DNA from: a virus
Virus genome (UHGV): UHGV-0087155
DNA: 35,280 nt
Reading direction: 5' to 3' (one strand)
Within the stretch, counting starts at the first letter, position 1; every line of letters starts with the position of its first letter. Under the pieces are notes generated by a model that did not search any database, had not been told where the DNA came from, and saw only the letters and a list, made by a program, of their open reading frames with translations. Both the position numbers and the translations under genes were made by a program. This document shows positions 28,149-35,280 of this stretch, piece by piece.

Positions 28149-28582
28149 CCGATTTAGCCATTATCTGGACGAACGGACGCGGCGATATTGCGCAGGATGG
28201 TATTGATATGCTGACCGACGACAGCCTGACAACCGATGTGACAATCTCCCTGTTTACCGACCGGCGCGCGCTGGATTCTGACACGCTGCCGGATGGTTCA
28301 GATGATCGCCGTGGATGGTGGGGTGACAGTTACCGCGACCGCCCCATCGGTTCGCGGTTGTGGCTGTTATCACGTGAAAAAGCCACGCCGGATACACTGG
28401 AACGCGCCAGAGGGTATGCCGAAGAGGCGCTGGAATGGCTGAAAACAGCGGGCCGGGTAAGTGCGATTAACGTCAGAGCGGAACAGTTACATCAGGGCTG
28501 GTTATACCTCTACATTGCACTGACATTACCGGATGGTTCCGTTATTCCTTATGAGTTTAAAGCAGCATTTAACGGGGTTTAA
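28145..28582 (+). CDS. baseplate protein, GP46-like (145 aa)
   Basis: ATGA overlap with the upstream gene; size and order as in the Mu baseplate cluster. Confidence 0.8.
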   Translation: MTDLAIIWTNGRGDIAQDGIDMLTDDSLTTDVTISLFTDRRALDSDTLPDGSDDRRGWWGDSYRDRPIGSRLWLLSREKATPDTLERARGYAEEALEWLKTAGRVSAINVRAEQLHQGWLYLYIALTLPDGSVIPYEFKAAFNGV

Positions 28583-29665
28583 ATGGCTTATTCACCACCG
28601 ACATTATCATCGCTGATTGCCCGTACAGAACAGAATATTGAACAGCGCCTGCCGGGTAGCTGGCCTCAGGCCCGTGAAAAAACGCTGAGTGCCATTGCTT
28701 ATGCTCAGGCGGGCCTTGCTGCCGGTTGTCACGAGCATATTTCATGGGTTGGACGGCAGATTATCCCGTCGACAGCAGATGAAGATGAGTTGCTGGAGCA
28801 CTGCCGGTTCTGGGGCGTGCGCCGCAAACAGGCGACAGCCGCCAGCGGCCCGCTGACTGTCACCACATCGGCAGCGACCACCATTCCTGCCGGTACACGC
28901 TGGCAGCGTGCTGATGGTGTGGTTTACAGCCTGGCTGATGCCATTGTGATTGACCGTGCAGGAACGACGGAAATTACCGTTACCGCACTGGCTGCCGGTG
29001 AAGCAGGAAATACCGGTGAGAATACCCTTTTAACGTTGATCACCCCGGTTGCCTGTGTTGTTTCCGATGCCATCACTGTAAAAGGGTTTTCCGGTGGGGC
29101 TGATATTGAGAGTGCAGCGGAGCTGCTGTCACGGCTGGAATATCGTGTCCAGTATCCTCCGTTCGGCGGTAATCAGTTTGATTACGTCCGCTGGGCACGT
29201 GAAGTCAGCGGCGTTACCCGTGCCTGGTGTTTTCCGACATGGAAAGGCGGTGGCACAGTCGGGGTGACGTTTGTTATGGATAACCGGAGCAATATTTTTC
29301 CACAACCGGCAGACGTGGAACGCGTGGCAGATTATATCGCCGGTCATACTGACCCGATCACCGGTCTGATTGTCGGACAGCCTGACGGTGTAAATGTCAC
29401 TGTATTTGCGCCAAAGGCAAAGCCGGTAAATCCACGGATTTATATATCACCGAAGACAGCCGAACTGAAACAGGCTATTACCCACGCCATTAATACCATG
29501 TTTTTTAATGAGGTGACGCCGGGCGGCGCACTTGCCCCCTCCCGTATTATCCGTGCGGTGGCAGGTGTTACCGGTCTGGATGATTTTGAAGTGCGTTTCC
29601 CGACAGAGATCCAGCGTTCGGAGAATACGGAACTGTTAACACCGGGGACAATTGAATGGCTGTAA
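28583..29665 (+). CDS. baseplate J-like wedge protein (360 aa)
   Basis: Size and order match Mu gp47. Confidence 0.85.
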   Translation: MAYSPPTLSSLIARTEQNIEQRLPGSWPQAREKTLSAIAYAQAGLAAGCHEHISWVGRQIIPSTADEDELLEHCRFWGVRRKQATAASGPLTVTTSAATTIPAGTRWQRADGVVYSLADAIVIDRAGTTEITVTALAAGEAGNTGENTLLTLITPVACVVSDAITVKGFSGGADIESAAELLSRLEYRVQYPPFGGNQFDYVRWAREVSGVTRAWCFPTWKGGGTVGVTFVMDNRSNIFPQPADVERVADYIAGHTDPITGLIVGQPDGVNVTVFAPKAKPVNPRIYISPKTAELKQAITHAINTMFFNEVTPGGALAPSRIIRAVAGVTGLDDFEVRFPTEIQRSENTELLTPGTIEWL

Positions 29666-30198
29666 CACCCTGGCAGACGGCCTTTCTGCAATTACTGCCG
29701 TCAGGGCTTGCCTGGAATAAAAGCCCCGACAGCAAATTATCTGCGCTGGCGCAGGCCATCAGCGACGTGATTGCCACTGCGGCGGATGATGCGCGGCAAA
29801 TGCTGCGGGAGCGTTTCCCGTCCACATCCCGCTGGTATCTGGGGGAGTGGGAATCATTTCTGGGGTTGCCGGACTGTACCAGCGAAAACGGCACCCTGTC
29901 CGAACGCCAGCGGGCTGCCGCGAATAAAATGCGTATGACCGGCAATCTGAGTCGGCGCTTTTATGAATGGCTGGCTGCGCAGTACGGTTTTACCGTCAGG
30001 CTGACGGATTCCACAGAAGGCCAGTGGGTTACGCAGGTCAATATTTACGGTATTAAAAATTATCGCAACGCAACGGTGCTGGATAATGTTCTGACGCCGT
30101 TACGTGTTTATGAATCGGGTGCGCTGGAATGTTTACTGGAGAAATATAAACCCGCGCATCAGATTTATAAATTTGTTTACCATGACGGAGATAACTAA
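29656..30198 (+). CDS. tail / baseplate protein (180 aa)
   Basis: Precedes the tail fibre gene as in Mu (gp48-like). Confidence 0.8.
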   Translation: MAVTPWQTAFLQLLPSGLAWNKSPDSKLSALAQAISDVIATAADDARQMLRERFPSTSRWYLGEWESFLGLPDCTSENGTLSERQRAAANKMRMTGNLSRRFYEWLAAQYGFTVRLTDSTEGQWVTQVNIYGIKNYRNATVLDNVLTPLRVYESGALECLLEKYKPAHQIYKFVYHDGDN

Positions 30199-31601
30199 TG
30201 TTTTATATTGATAACGACAGCGGCGTAACCGTCATGCCGCCCGTATCCGCCCAGCGTAGTGCTATCGTTCGCTGGTTTTCAGAAGGTGACGGGAATAATG
30301 TTATCACATGGCCCGGCATGGACTGGTTTAATATTGTGCAGGCGGAGTTATTAAACACGCTGGAAGAAGCCGGTATTCAACCGGATAAAACAAAATTAAA
30401 CCAGCTTGCACTGTCCATTAAAGCCATTATGAGCAATAACGCGCTGCTGATAAAAAATAACCTCAGCGAAATTAAAACTGCCGGGGCATCAGCACAGCGT
30501 ACAGCACGTGAAAATCTGGATATCTATGATGCCAGCCTGAACAAAAAAGGACTCGTTCAGCTAACCAGTGCCACTGACAGCCCCAGTGAAACGCTGGCAG
30601 CCACCGCAAAAGCGGTGAAAATTGCGATGGATAATGCCAATGCCCGTCTGGCAAAAGACCGGAACGGAGCAGATATTCCCAATAAGCCGCTGTTTATCCA
30701 AAACCTCGGTTTACAGGAAACGGTAAACAGGGCTGGTAACGCCGTGCAAAAAAATGGCGATACCTTGTCCGGTGGGCTTACTTTTGAAAATGACTCAATC
30801 CTTGCCTGGATTCGAAATACTGACTGGGCGAAGATTGGATTTAAAAATGATGCCGATGGTGACACTGATTCATACATGTGGTTTGAAACAGGCGACAACG
30901 GCAATGAATATTTCAAATGGAGAAGCCGCCAGAGCACCACAACAAAAGACCTGATGACGCTGAAATGGGATGCACTAAATATTCTGGTAAATGCCGTCAT
31001 TAATGGCAGTCTTGGAGTTGGTACGACGAATGCGTTAGGTGGTAGCTCTATTGTTCTTGGTGATAATGACACCGGATTTAAACAGAATGGAGACGGCATT
31101 CTGGATGTTTATGCTAATAGTCAGCGTGTATTCCGCTTTCAGAATGGAGTGGCTATTGCTTTTAAAAATATTCAGGCCGGGGATGGTAAAAAATTCACGC
31201 TATCCAGCTCCAACAACTCCACGAAGAACGTAGGGTTTAATTTATGGGGCGCTTCATCAAGACCAACTGTTGCAGAGCTTGGTGATGATTCAGGCTGGCA
31301 TTTCTATAGTCAGCGAAATACAGATAATTCGGTGATATTTGCTGTAAACGGTCACATACAACCAGGTAACTGGAGTAACTTTGATTCCCGATACGTAAAA
31401 GATGTTCGTCTTGGTTCACAGCAATATTATGGAGTGAACAACTGGCAAACATGGAATTTCCAGTGCCCGTCAGGTCATGTATTGTCTGGTATTAATGTTC
31501 AGGATACAGGGTCCAACTCTGCCGATAATATAGCGGGCGTTTATTACAGACCCGTTCAAAAGTATATAAATGGCACCTGGTATAATGTAGCGAGCGTTTA
31601 A
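30198..31601 (+). CDS. S: tail fibre protein S (467 aa): constant N-terminal part fused to the variable part encoded inside the G segment
   Basis: gixL lies inside this gene at 30694-30719; the residues right after the junction (QETVN) are shared with the start of the oppositely oriented S' ORF. Confidence 0.85.
   Translation: MFYIDNDSGVTVMPPVSAQRSAIVRWFSEGDGNNVITWPGMDWFNIVQAELLNTLEEAGIQPDKTKLNQLALSIKAIMSNNALLIKNNLSEIKTAGASAQRTARENLDIYDASLNKKGLVQLTSATDSPSETLAATAKAVKIAMDNANARLAKDRNGADIPNKPLFIQNLGLQETVNRAGNAVQKNGDTLSGGLTFENDSILAWIRNTDWAKIGFKNDADGDTDSYMWFETGDNGNEYFKWRSRQSTTTKDLMTLKWDALNILVNAVINGSLGVGTTNALGGSSIVLGDNDTGFKQNGDGILDVYANSQRVFRFQNGVAIAFKNIQAGDGKKFTLSSSNNSTKNVGFNLWGASSRPTVAELGDDSGWHFYSQRNTDNSVIFAVNGHIQPGNWSNFDSRYVKDVRLGSQQYYGVNNWQTWNFQCPSGHVLSGINVQDTGSNSADNIAGVYYRPVQKYINGTWYNVASV
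30694..30719. repeat. gixL, left Gin recombination site
   Basis: TTATCCAAAACCTCGGTTTACAGGAA; its near-perfect inverted copy (two mismatches) is at 33640-33665. Confidence 0.8.
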
Positions 31602-31602
31602 T

Positions 31603-32130
31603 ATGATCCACTTAAAGAACATAAAAATTGGTAATGCTAAAACACCGGAGCAGTATGAGTTAACAAAGAAGCACGGAGTTATCTGGCTTTACTCTGAAGA
31701 CGGAAAAAACTGGTATGAGGAAGTGAAAAACTTTCAGCCAGACACAATAAAGATTGTTTACGATGCAAATAATATTATTGTCGCCATCACCAAAGATGCC
31801 TCCACGCTTAACCCTGAAGGTTATAGCGTCGTTGAGGTTCCTGATATTACAGCCAACCGCCGCGCTGATGATTCAGGAAAGTGGATGTTTAAGGATGGAG
31901 CTGTGGTTAAACGGATTTATACGGCAGACGAGCAACAACAACAGGCCGAATCACAAAAGGCCGTGTTACTTTCCGAAGCAGAAAGCGTTATTCAGCCACT
32001 GGAACGCGCTGTCAGGCTGAATATGGCGACGGATGAGGAACGCGCACGACTGGAGTCATGGGAACGCTACAGTGTTCTGGTCAGCCGTGTGGATACGGCA
32101 AATCCTGAATGGCCACAAAAGCCTGAATAA
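31603..32130 (+). CDS. U: tail fibre assembly protein U (175 aa)
   Basis: Follows S; paralogous to the minus-strand U' (both begin M-HLKNI... and share ...DGKNWYEE... and [12 protein letters not shown]). Confidence 0.8.
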   Translation: MIHLKNIKIGNAKTPEQYELTKKHGVIWLYSEDGKNWYEEVKNFQPDTIKIVYDANNIIVAITKDASTLNPEGYSVVEVPDITANRRADDSGKWMFKDGAVVKRIYTADEQQQQAESQKAVLLSEAESVIQPLERAVRLNMATDEERARLESWERYSVLVSRVDTANPEWPQKPE

Positions 32131-32135
32131 AAATT

Positions 32136-32157
32136 AAGGCCCGATAGCGGGCCTTGT
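32136..32157. terminator. bidirectional hairpin between convergent U and U'
   Basis: GGCCCG (32138-32143), loop ATAG, CGGGCC (32148-32153), flanked by A/T on both sides. Confidence 0.5.
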
Positions 32158-32158
32158 T

Positions 32159-32692
32159 TCATTCTGGTTGTTCTGGAAACGTTACTGGCAGGCTGGAGGT
32201 GTCTGTGGATTCGACCTCCTGCGCATAGAGCATCCACTCGGTTAATTTTTGTTTATTCTCGTCGGAAATGATGCCCAGCCGTAGCTGTGAGTCCCATAGC
32301 TGGGTTTTATCCCTGACAAGTTGCAACAGGCTTTGCTTTTCATTCTCTGCCTGCTGCCTCTGTTCCTCTTCGGTATAAGTTCGCTTTATCACTACGCCAT
32401 CTTTGAACATCCATTTACCCGAAATATCAACCCGGCGATTTGCTGTAATATCAGGAACCTCAACGACGCTTGCGCCTTCTGGATTAATTGCTGAAACATC
32501 CTTTTCAATACAAATAATAACGCCGTTGTGGTCATAGACCATTTTCAACGTATCAGTCTGGAAATTCTTTTGTTCCTCATACCAGTTTTTTCCATCCTCT
32601 GTATAAAGCCATTTGATGTTAAATTGTTTCGTTAGCTGGTATTGCTCTTTTGTTTTAGGGTTGCCAGCAGTAATATTTTTTAAGTGCATCAT
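32159..32692 (-). CDS. alternative tail fibre assembly protein U' (177 aa)
   Basis: Minus-strand ORF with GGGGAG RBS; paralog of U. Confidence 0.8.
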   Translation of the reverse strand: MMHLKNITAGNPKTKEQYQLTKQFNIKWLYTEDGKNWYEEQKNFQTDTLKMVYDHNGVIICIEKDVSAINPEGASVVEVPDITANRRVDISGKWMFKDGVVIKRTYTEEEQRQQAENEKQSLLQLVRDKTQLWDSQLRLGIISDENKQKLTEWMLYAQEVESTDTSSLPVTFPEQPE

Positions 32693-32694
32693 AA

Positions 32695-33648
32695 TTAAAT
32701 ACTCCCCGCGTTATACCACGTTCCATTAATGCAATACTGAATTGGCCTTGCCTGAGTTGTATCAATTAATTCATCACGGTTCCCGTTAACTGAACCCGTA
32801 ACGACATAACCTGACCTGTCAGACCAGCCGGGACCATTCCATGTCTGAACAGATGACAGACCGCCAAGGCGAATACCTGTAATAAACCTTGAGTTACATT
32901 CTGCCTGCGTGTATGCACCAACATCTCCCGCTGAGGGTTTGCGGGTCGTGGTGTAAAACTCTGACCAGTCAGCCTCAAATCCATAACCATCACGCGCTGA
33001 ACGATAAAAAATACCGCCGTTCCTGTAATTCACGCGGAACTGTACAGCAGGGCAGCTCCCCGTATTCATATTGAAGTGGAGGATTAATGTCGATGCGCCA
33101 CCAATGTTTGCGTTATAGACCCCGCTATTCCAGTTCCAGCCAACAGCTTTATCATTTCCGACAGTGCTTCCTGTTTGCCCTAAAGCAAATGCAGGTTGTT
33201 GATTTTTCGTGTTGTAGTCTCGTCGCCAGCCAGGAGCATAAGCATCACCATGATTAATATAAGTGAATTGAGCGTTAGTAATTCCGCCACCGCTGGACGT
33301 GCTCGGCGTAGTAACGCGTATGGTCATTGCGCCGCGAGTGCCAATAACTTCCACCACAGCACCTGCAAGACAAATATTTCCGCAACCTGTATCTGTAATG
33401 ACCTTATTATTTGCATAAGCCCATGAGCCTTTGCACATCCAGTAAGGATGGTTAAATGCTCCCTGACTCTCCAGCCACGAAATAAATTGCGCGGTTGTCC
33501 AGACCTGACTATCGCCACCAATATTCAGCCATGCGCTATATGCGCGGCAGGCCCCAATATTTTTGGTGAAGGTATCTTTCCCCGGAATATCTGCGCCGTT
33601 CTGGTTTTTCTGTAATGCGCCAGAAGCCTGATTTACCGTTTCCTGCAA
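32695..33648 (-). CDS. alternative tail fibre variable part S'v (about 317 codons), no own start; expressed only after G inversion fuses it to the S constant part
   Basis: The ORF opens at the gixR boundary with TTG (not a real start) and begins QETVN like the S junction. Confidence 0.8.
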   Translation of the reverse strand: MQETVNQASGALQKNQNGADIPGKDTFTKNIGACRAYSAWLNIGGDSQVWTTAQFISWLESQGAFNHPYWMCKGSWAYANNKVITDTGCGNICLAGAVVEVIGTRGAMTIRVTTPSTSSGGGITNAQFTYINHGDAYAPGWRRDYNTKNQQPAFALGQTGSTVGNDKAVGWNWNSGVYNANIGGASTLILHFNMNTGSCPAVQFRVNYRNGGIFYRSARDGYGFEADWSEFYTTTRKPSAGDVGAYTQAECNSRFITGIRLGGLSSVQTWNGPGWSDRSGYVVTGSVNGNRDELIDTTQARPIQYCINGTWYNAGSI

Positions 33649-33665
33649 ACCGAGGTTTTAGATAA
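33640..33665. repeat. gixR, right Gin recombination site
   Basis: TTCCTGCAAACCGAGGTTTTAGATAA, inverted copy of gixL. Confidence 0.8.
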
Positions 33666-33719
33666 TGGTTGTTTCCGGCCTGCATGGCATGATTTGCGCT
33701 TTTAAACGGGAGATCCAGA

Positions 33720-34337
33720 GTGCTGATTGGCTATGTAAGGGTATCAACAAATGACCAGAATACAGACCTGCAACGAAACGCTCTTGTTTGTGCAGGATGT
33801 GAACAAATATTTGAAGATAAATTAAGCGGAACAAGGACAGACAGACCTGGATTAAAACGCGCGTTAAAGCGCCTTCAAAAAGGTGACACACTGGTTGTCT
33901 GGAAACTGGATCGCCTCGGGCGAAGCATGAAACATCTGATTTCCCTCGTCGGGGAACTACGGGAGCGAGGGATTAATTTTCGCAGTCTTACCGACAGCAT
34001 AGACACATCTTCTCCAATGGGGCGTTTTTTCTTCCACGTTATGGGTGCCCTGGCTGAAATGGAACGAGAACTAATCATCGAGCGAACGATGGCTGGACTT
34101 GCTGCCGCCAGAAATAAAGGCCGTATTGGTGGGCGACCACCTAAACTAACCAAAGCGGAATGGGAGCAGGCCGGGCGTTTATTAGCACAAGGAATCCCCC
34201 GCAAGCAGGTTGCATTGATCTATGATGTGGCTCTGTCAACTCTGTATAAAAAACACCCCGCGAAACGAACGCATATAGAAAACGACGATCGAATCAATCA
34301 AATCGATCGGCAATACAGATCGATTATGCCCCAATAA
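33720..34337 (+). CDS. gin: Gin serine invertase (205-aa ORF, GTG start)
   Basis: Matches Mu Gin (MLIGYVRVSTNDQNTDLQRNALVCAGCEQIFEDKLSG...), catalytic Ser in the VRVST motif; this ORF runs ~12 codons longer than I remember for Mu Gin. Confidence 0.95.
   Translation: MLIGYVRVSTNDQNTDLQRNALVCAGCEQIFEDKLSGTRTDRPGLKRALKRLQKGDTLVVWKLDRLGRSMKHLISLVGELRERGINFRSLTDSIDTSSPMGRFFFHVMGALAEMERELIIERTMAGLAAARNKGRIGGRPPKLTKAEWEQAGRLLAQGIPRKQVALIYDVALSTLYKKHPAKRTHIENDDRINQIDRQYRSIMPQ
34287..34321. promoter_or_regulatory. cluster of three GATC (Dam) sites upstream of the mom promoter
   Basis: GATC at 34287-34290, 34305-34308, 34318-34321; in Mu three Dam sites upstream of Pmom govern OxyR-mediated repression. 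A -10-like TAAGAT is at 34362-34367. Confidence 0.6.
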
Positions 34338-34395
34338 CCACACTCAACCCACGATGTTTTTTAAGATAGTGGCGAATTGATGCAAAGGAGGTGAG

Positions 34396-34584
34396 ATGAA
34401 ATCAATTCGCTGTAAAAACTGCAACAAACTGTTATTTAAGGCGGATTCCTTTGATCACATTGAAATCAGGTGTCCGCGTTGCAAACGTCACATCATAATG
34501 CTGAATGCCTGCGAGCATCCCACGGAGAAACATTGTGGGAAAAGAGAAAAAATCACGCATTCTGACGAAACCGTGCGTTATTGA
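34396..34584 (+). CDS. com: Com, zinc-finger translational activator of mom (62 aa)
   Basis: Matches Mu Com ([36 protein letters not shown]...); RBS AAAGGAGGTGAG. Confidence 0.9.
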   Translation: MKSIRCKNCNKLLFKADSFDHIEIRCPRCKRHIIMLNACEHPTEKHCGKREKITHSDETVRY

Positions 34585-35230
34585 GTATGAAGGCCAGATT
34601 GTTGGCTATGGTTCAAAGGAACTGCGCGTTGAAACCATATCCTGTTGGCTGGCCCGCACAATTATTCAGACAAAGCACTATTCCCGCCGTTTTGTGAATA
34701 ACTCTTACCTTCATCTGGGGGTATTCAGCGGACGCGATCTGGTTGGCGTTCTCCAGTGGGGATATGCCCTTAACCCCAACTCAGGTCGTCGTGTCGTGCT
34801 TGAAACGGATAACCGGGGCTATATGGAGTTGAACCGCATGTGGCTACACGACGACATGCCCCGCAACTCTGAATCACGGGCCATCAGCTACGCGCTGAAA
34901 GTTATCAGATTACTGTATCCGTCAGTGGAGTGGGTTCAGTCCTTTGCTGACGAACGCTGCGGACGCGCAGGCGTTGTGTATCAGGCGTCGAATTTTGATT
35001 TTATTGGCAGCCATGAAAGCACGTTCTACGAGCTGGATGGTGAGTGGTATCACGAGATAACGATGAACGCGATTAAGCGAGGTGGACAACGAGGCGTGTA
35101 TTTACGGGCTAATAAAGAGCGTGCCGTGGTGCACAAATTTAATCAGTATCGCTACATCAGATTCCTGAACAAGCGAGCAAGGAAGCGGCTAAATACCAAG
35201 CTATTCAGGGTTCAGCCATACCCTAAGTGA
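34535..35230 (+). CDS. mom: Mom DNA-modification protein (231 aa from GTG 34535; the ORF is open from ATG 34505)
   Basis: Matches Mu Mom; overlaps the com 3' end in another frame; the GTG start gives the 231-aa length I recall, the exact start is uncertain. Confidence 0.85.
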   Translation: MGKEKKSRILTKPCVIEYEGQIVGYGSKELRVETISCWLARTIIQTKHYSRRFVNNSYLHLGVFSGRDLVGVLQWGYALNPNSGRRVVLETDNRGYMELNRMWLHDDMPRNSESRAISYALKVIRLLYPSVEWVQSFADERCGRAGVVYQASNFDFIGSHESTFYELDGEWYHEITMNAIKRGGQRGVYLRANKERAVVHKFNQYRYIRFLNKRARKRLNTKLFRVQPYPK

Positions 35231-35250
35231 TCCCCATGGAATGAATAAAA

Positions 35251-35275
35251 AGCAGTAATTAATACTGCTGTTTCA
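35251..35275 (+). terminator. hairpin after mom
   Basis: AGCAGTA (35251-35257), ATTAA, TACTGCT (35263-35269), then GTTTCATTT. Confidence 0.5.
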
Positions 35276-35280
35276 TTTGA

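Larger units (their letters stand above)
30720..33639. other. invertible G segment (about 2.9 kb) carrying Sv-U on one strand and S'v-U' on the other
   Basis: Flanked by inverted gix repeats; two convergent fibre/chaperone gene pairs; adjacent serine invertase gene gin. Confidence 0.8.
1..35280 (+). mobile_element. Mu/D108-type transposable phage, near-complete body (ner to mom); attL/c and attR lie outside the window
   Basis: Collinear set of ORFs recognised as Mu ner, A, B, kil, gam, gemA, mor, C, lys, terminase, portal, F, G, I, T, L, M, tape measure, N, P, baseplate genes, S, U, U', S', gin, com, mom; window ends in sequence resembling the Mu right-end-proximal region. Confidence 0.9.

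Noticed and set aside
33720-34337. Gin reading frame about 12 codons longer than the 193 aa I remember for Mu Gin
   Set aside because: Most likely my recollection of the exact length is imperfect or this is a minor strain difference; the extension simply runs through the GATC-rich region and is not evidence of a fusion.
1-35280. CRISPR arrays, tRNA/rRNA genes, integrase or large cargo island
   Set aside because: No short direct repeats with regular spacers and no tRNA-like sequences noticed; the element transposes via A/B, so no integrase is expected; the window length is consistent with Mu itself.

Overview
This 35.3-kb window is almost the whole body of a Mu-type transposable phage (Mu/D108 family) in canonical left-to-right orientation. 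It starts about 50 bp upstream of ner and ends about 50 bp after mom, so the c repressor, attL and attR are outside the window and no host flank is visible. The order is: early operon (ner, transposase A, B, kil, about ten small accessory genes including gam, gemA, mor), an early terminator, the middle gene C, then the late operons (lysis, head, tail), the invertible G segment with S/U and S'/U' between gix repeats, gin, and com-mom. All identifications rest on reading the translated ORFs and recalling the Mu proteins; no database search was possible. A, B, Gam, GemA, Mor, C, Lys, T, Gin, Com and Mom match my memory of their Mu counterparts closely; Ner and the first ~60 aa of A differ from Mu and look D108-type. 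The window length is consistent with Mu itself, so there is no large cargo insertion. The things most worth a second look are small: a 138-aa ORF on the opposite strand inside the early operon (6898-7314), the set of unknown-function and Cys-rich early genes (3494-6936), an apparently non-coding interval between the early terminator and C, and the G-I spacer with a long-loop hairpin and AT tracts. No rRNA, tRNA or CRISPR array was seen.
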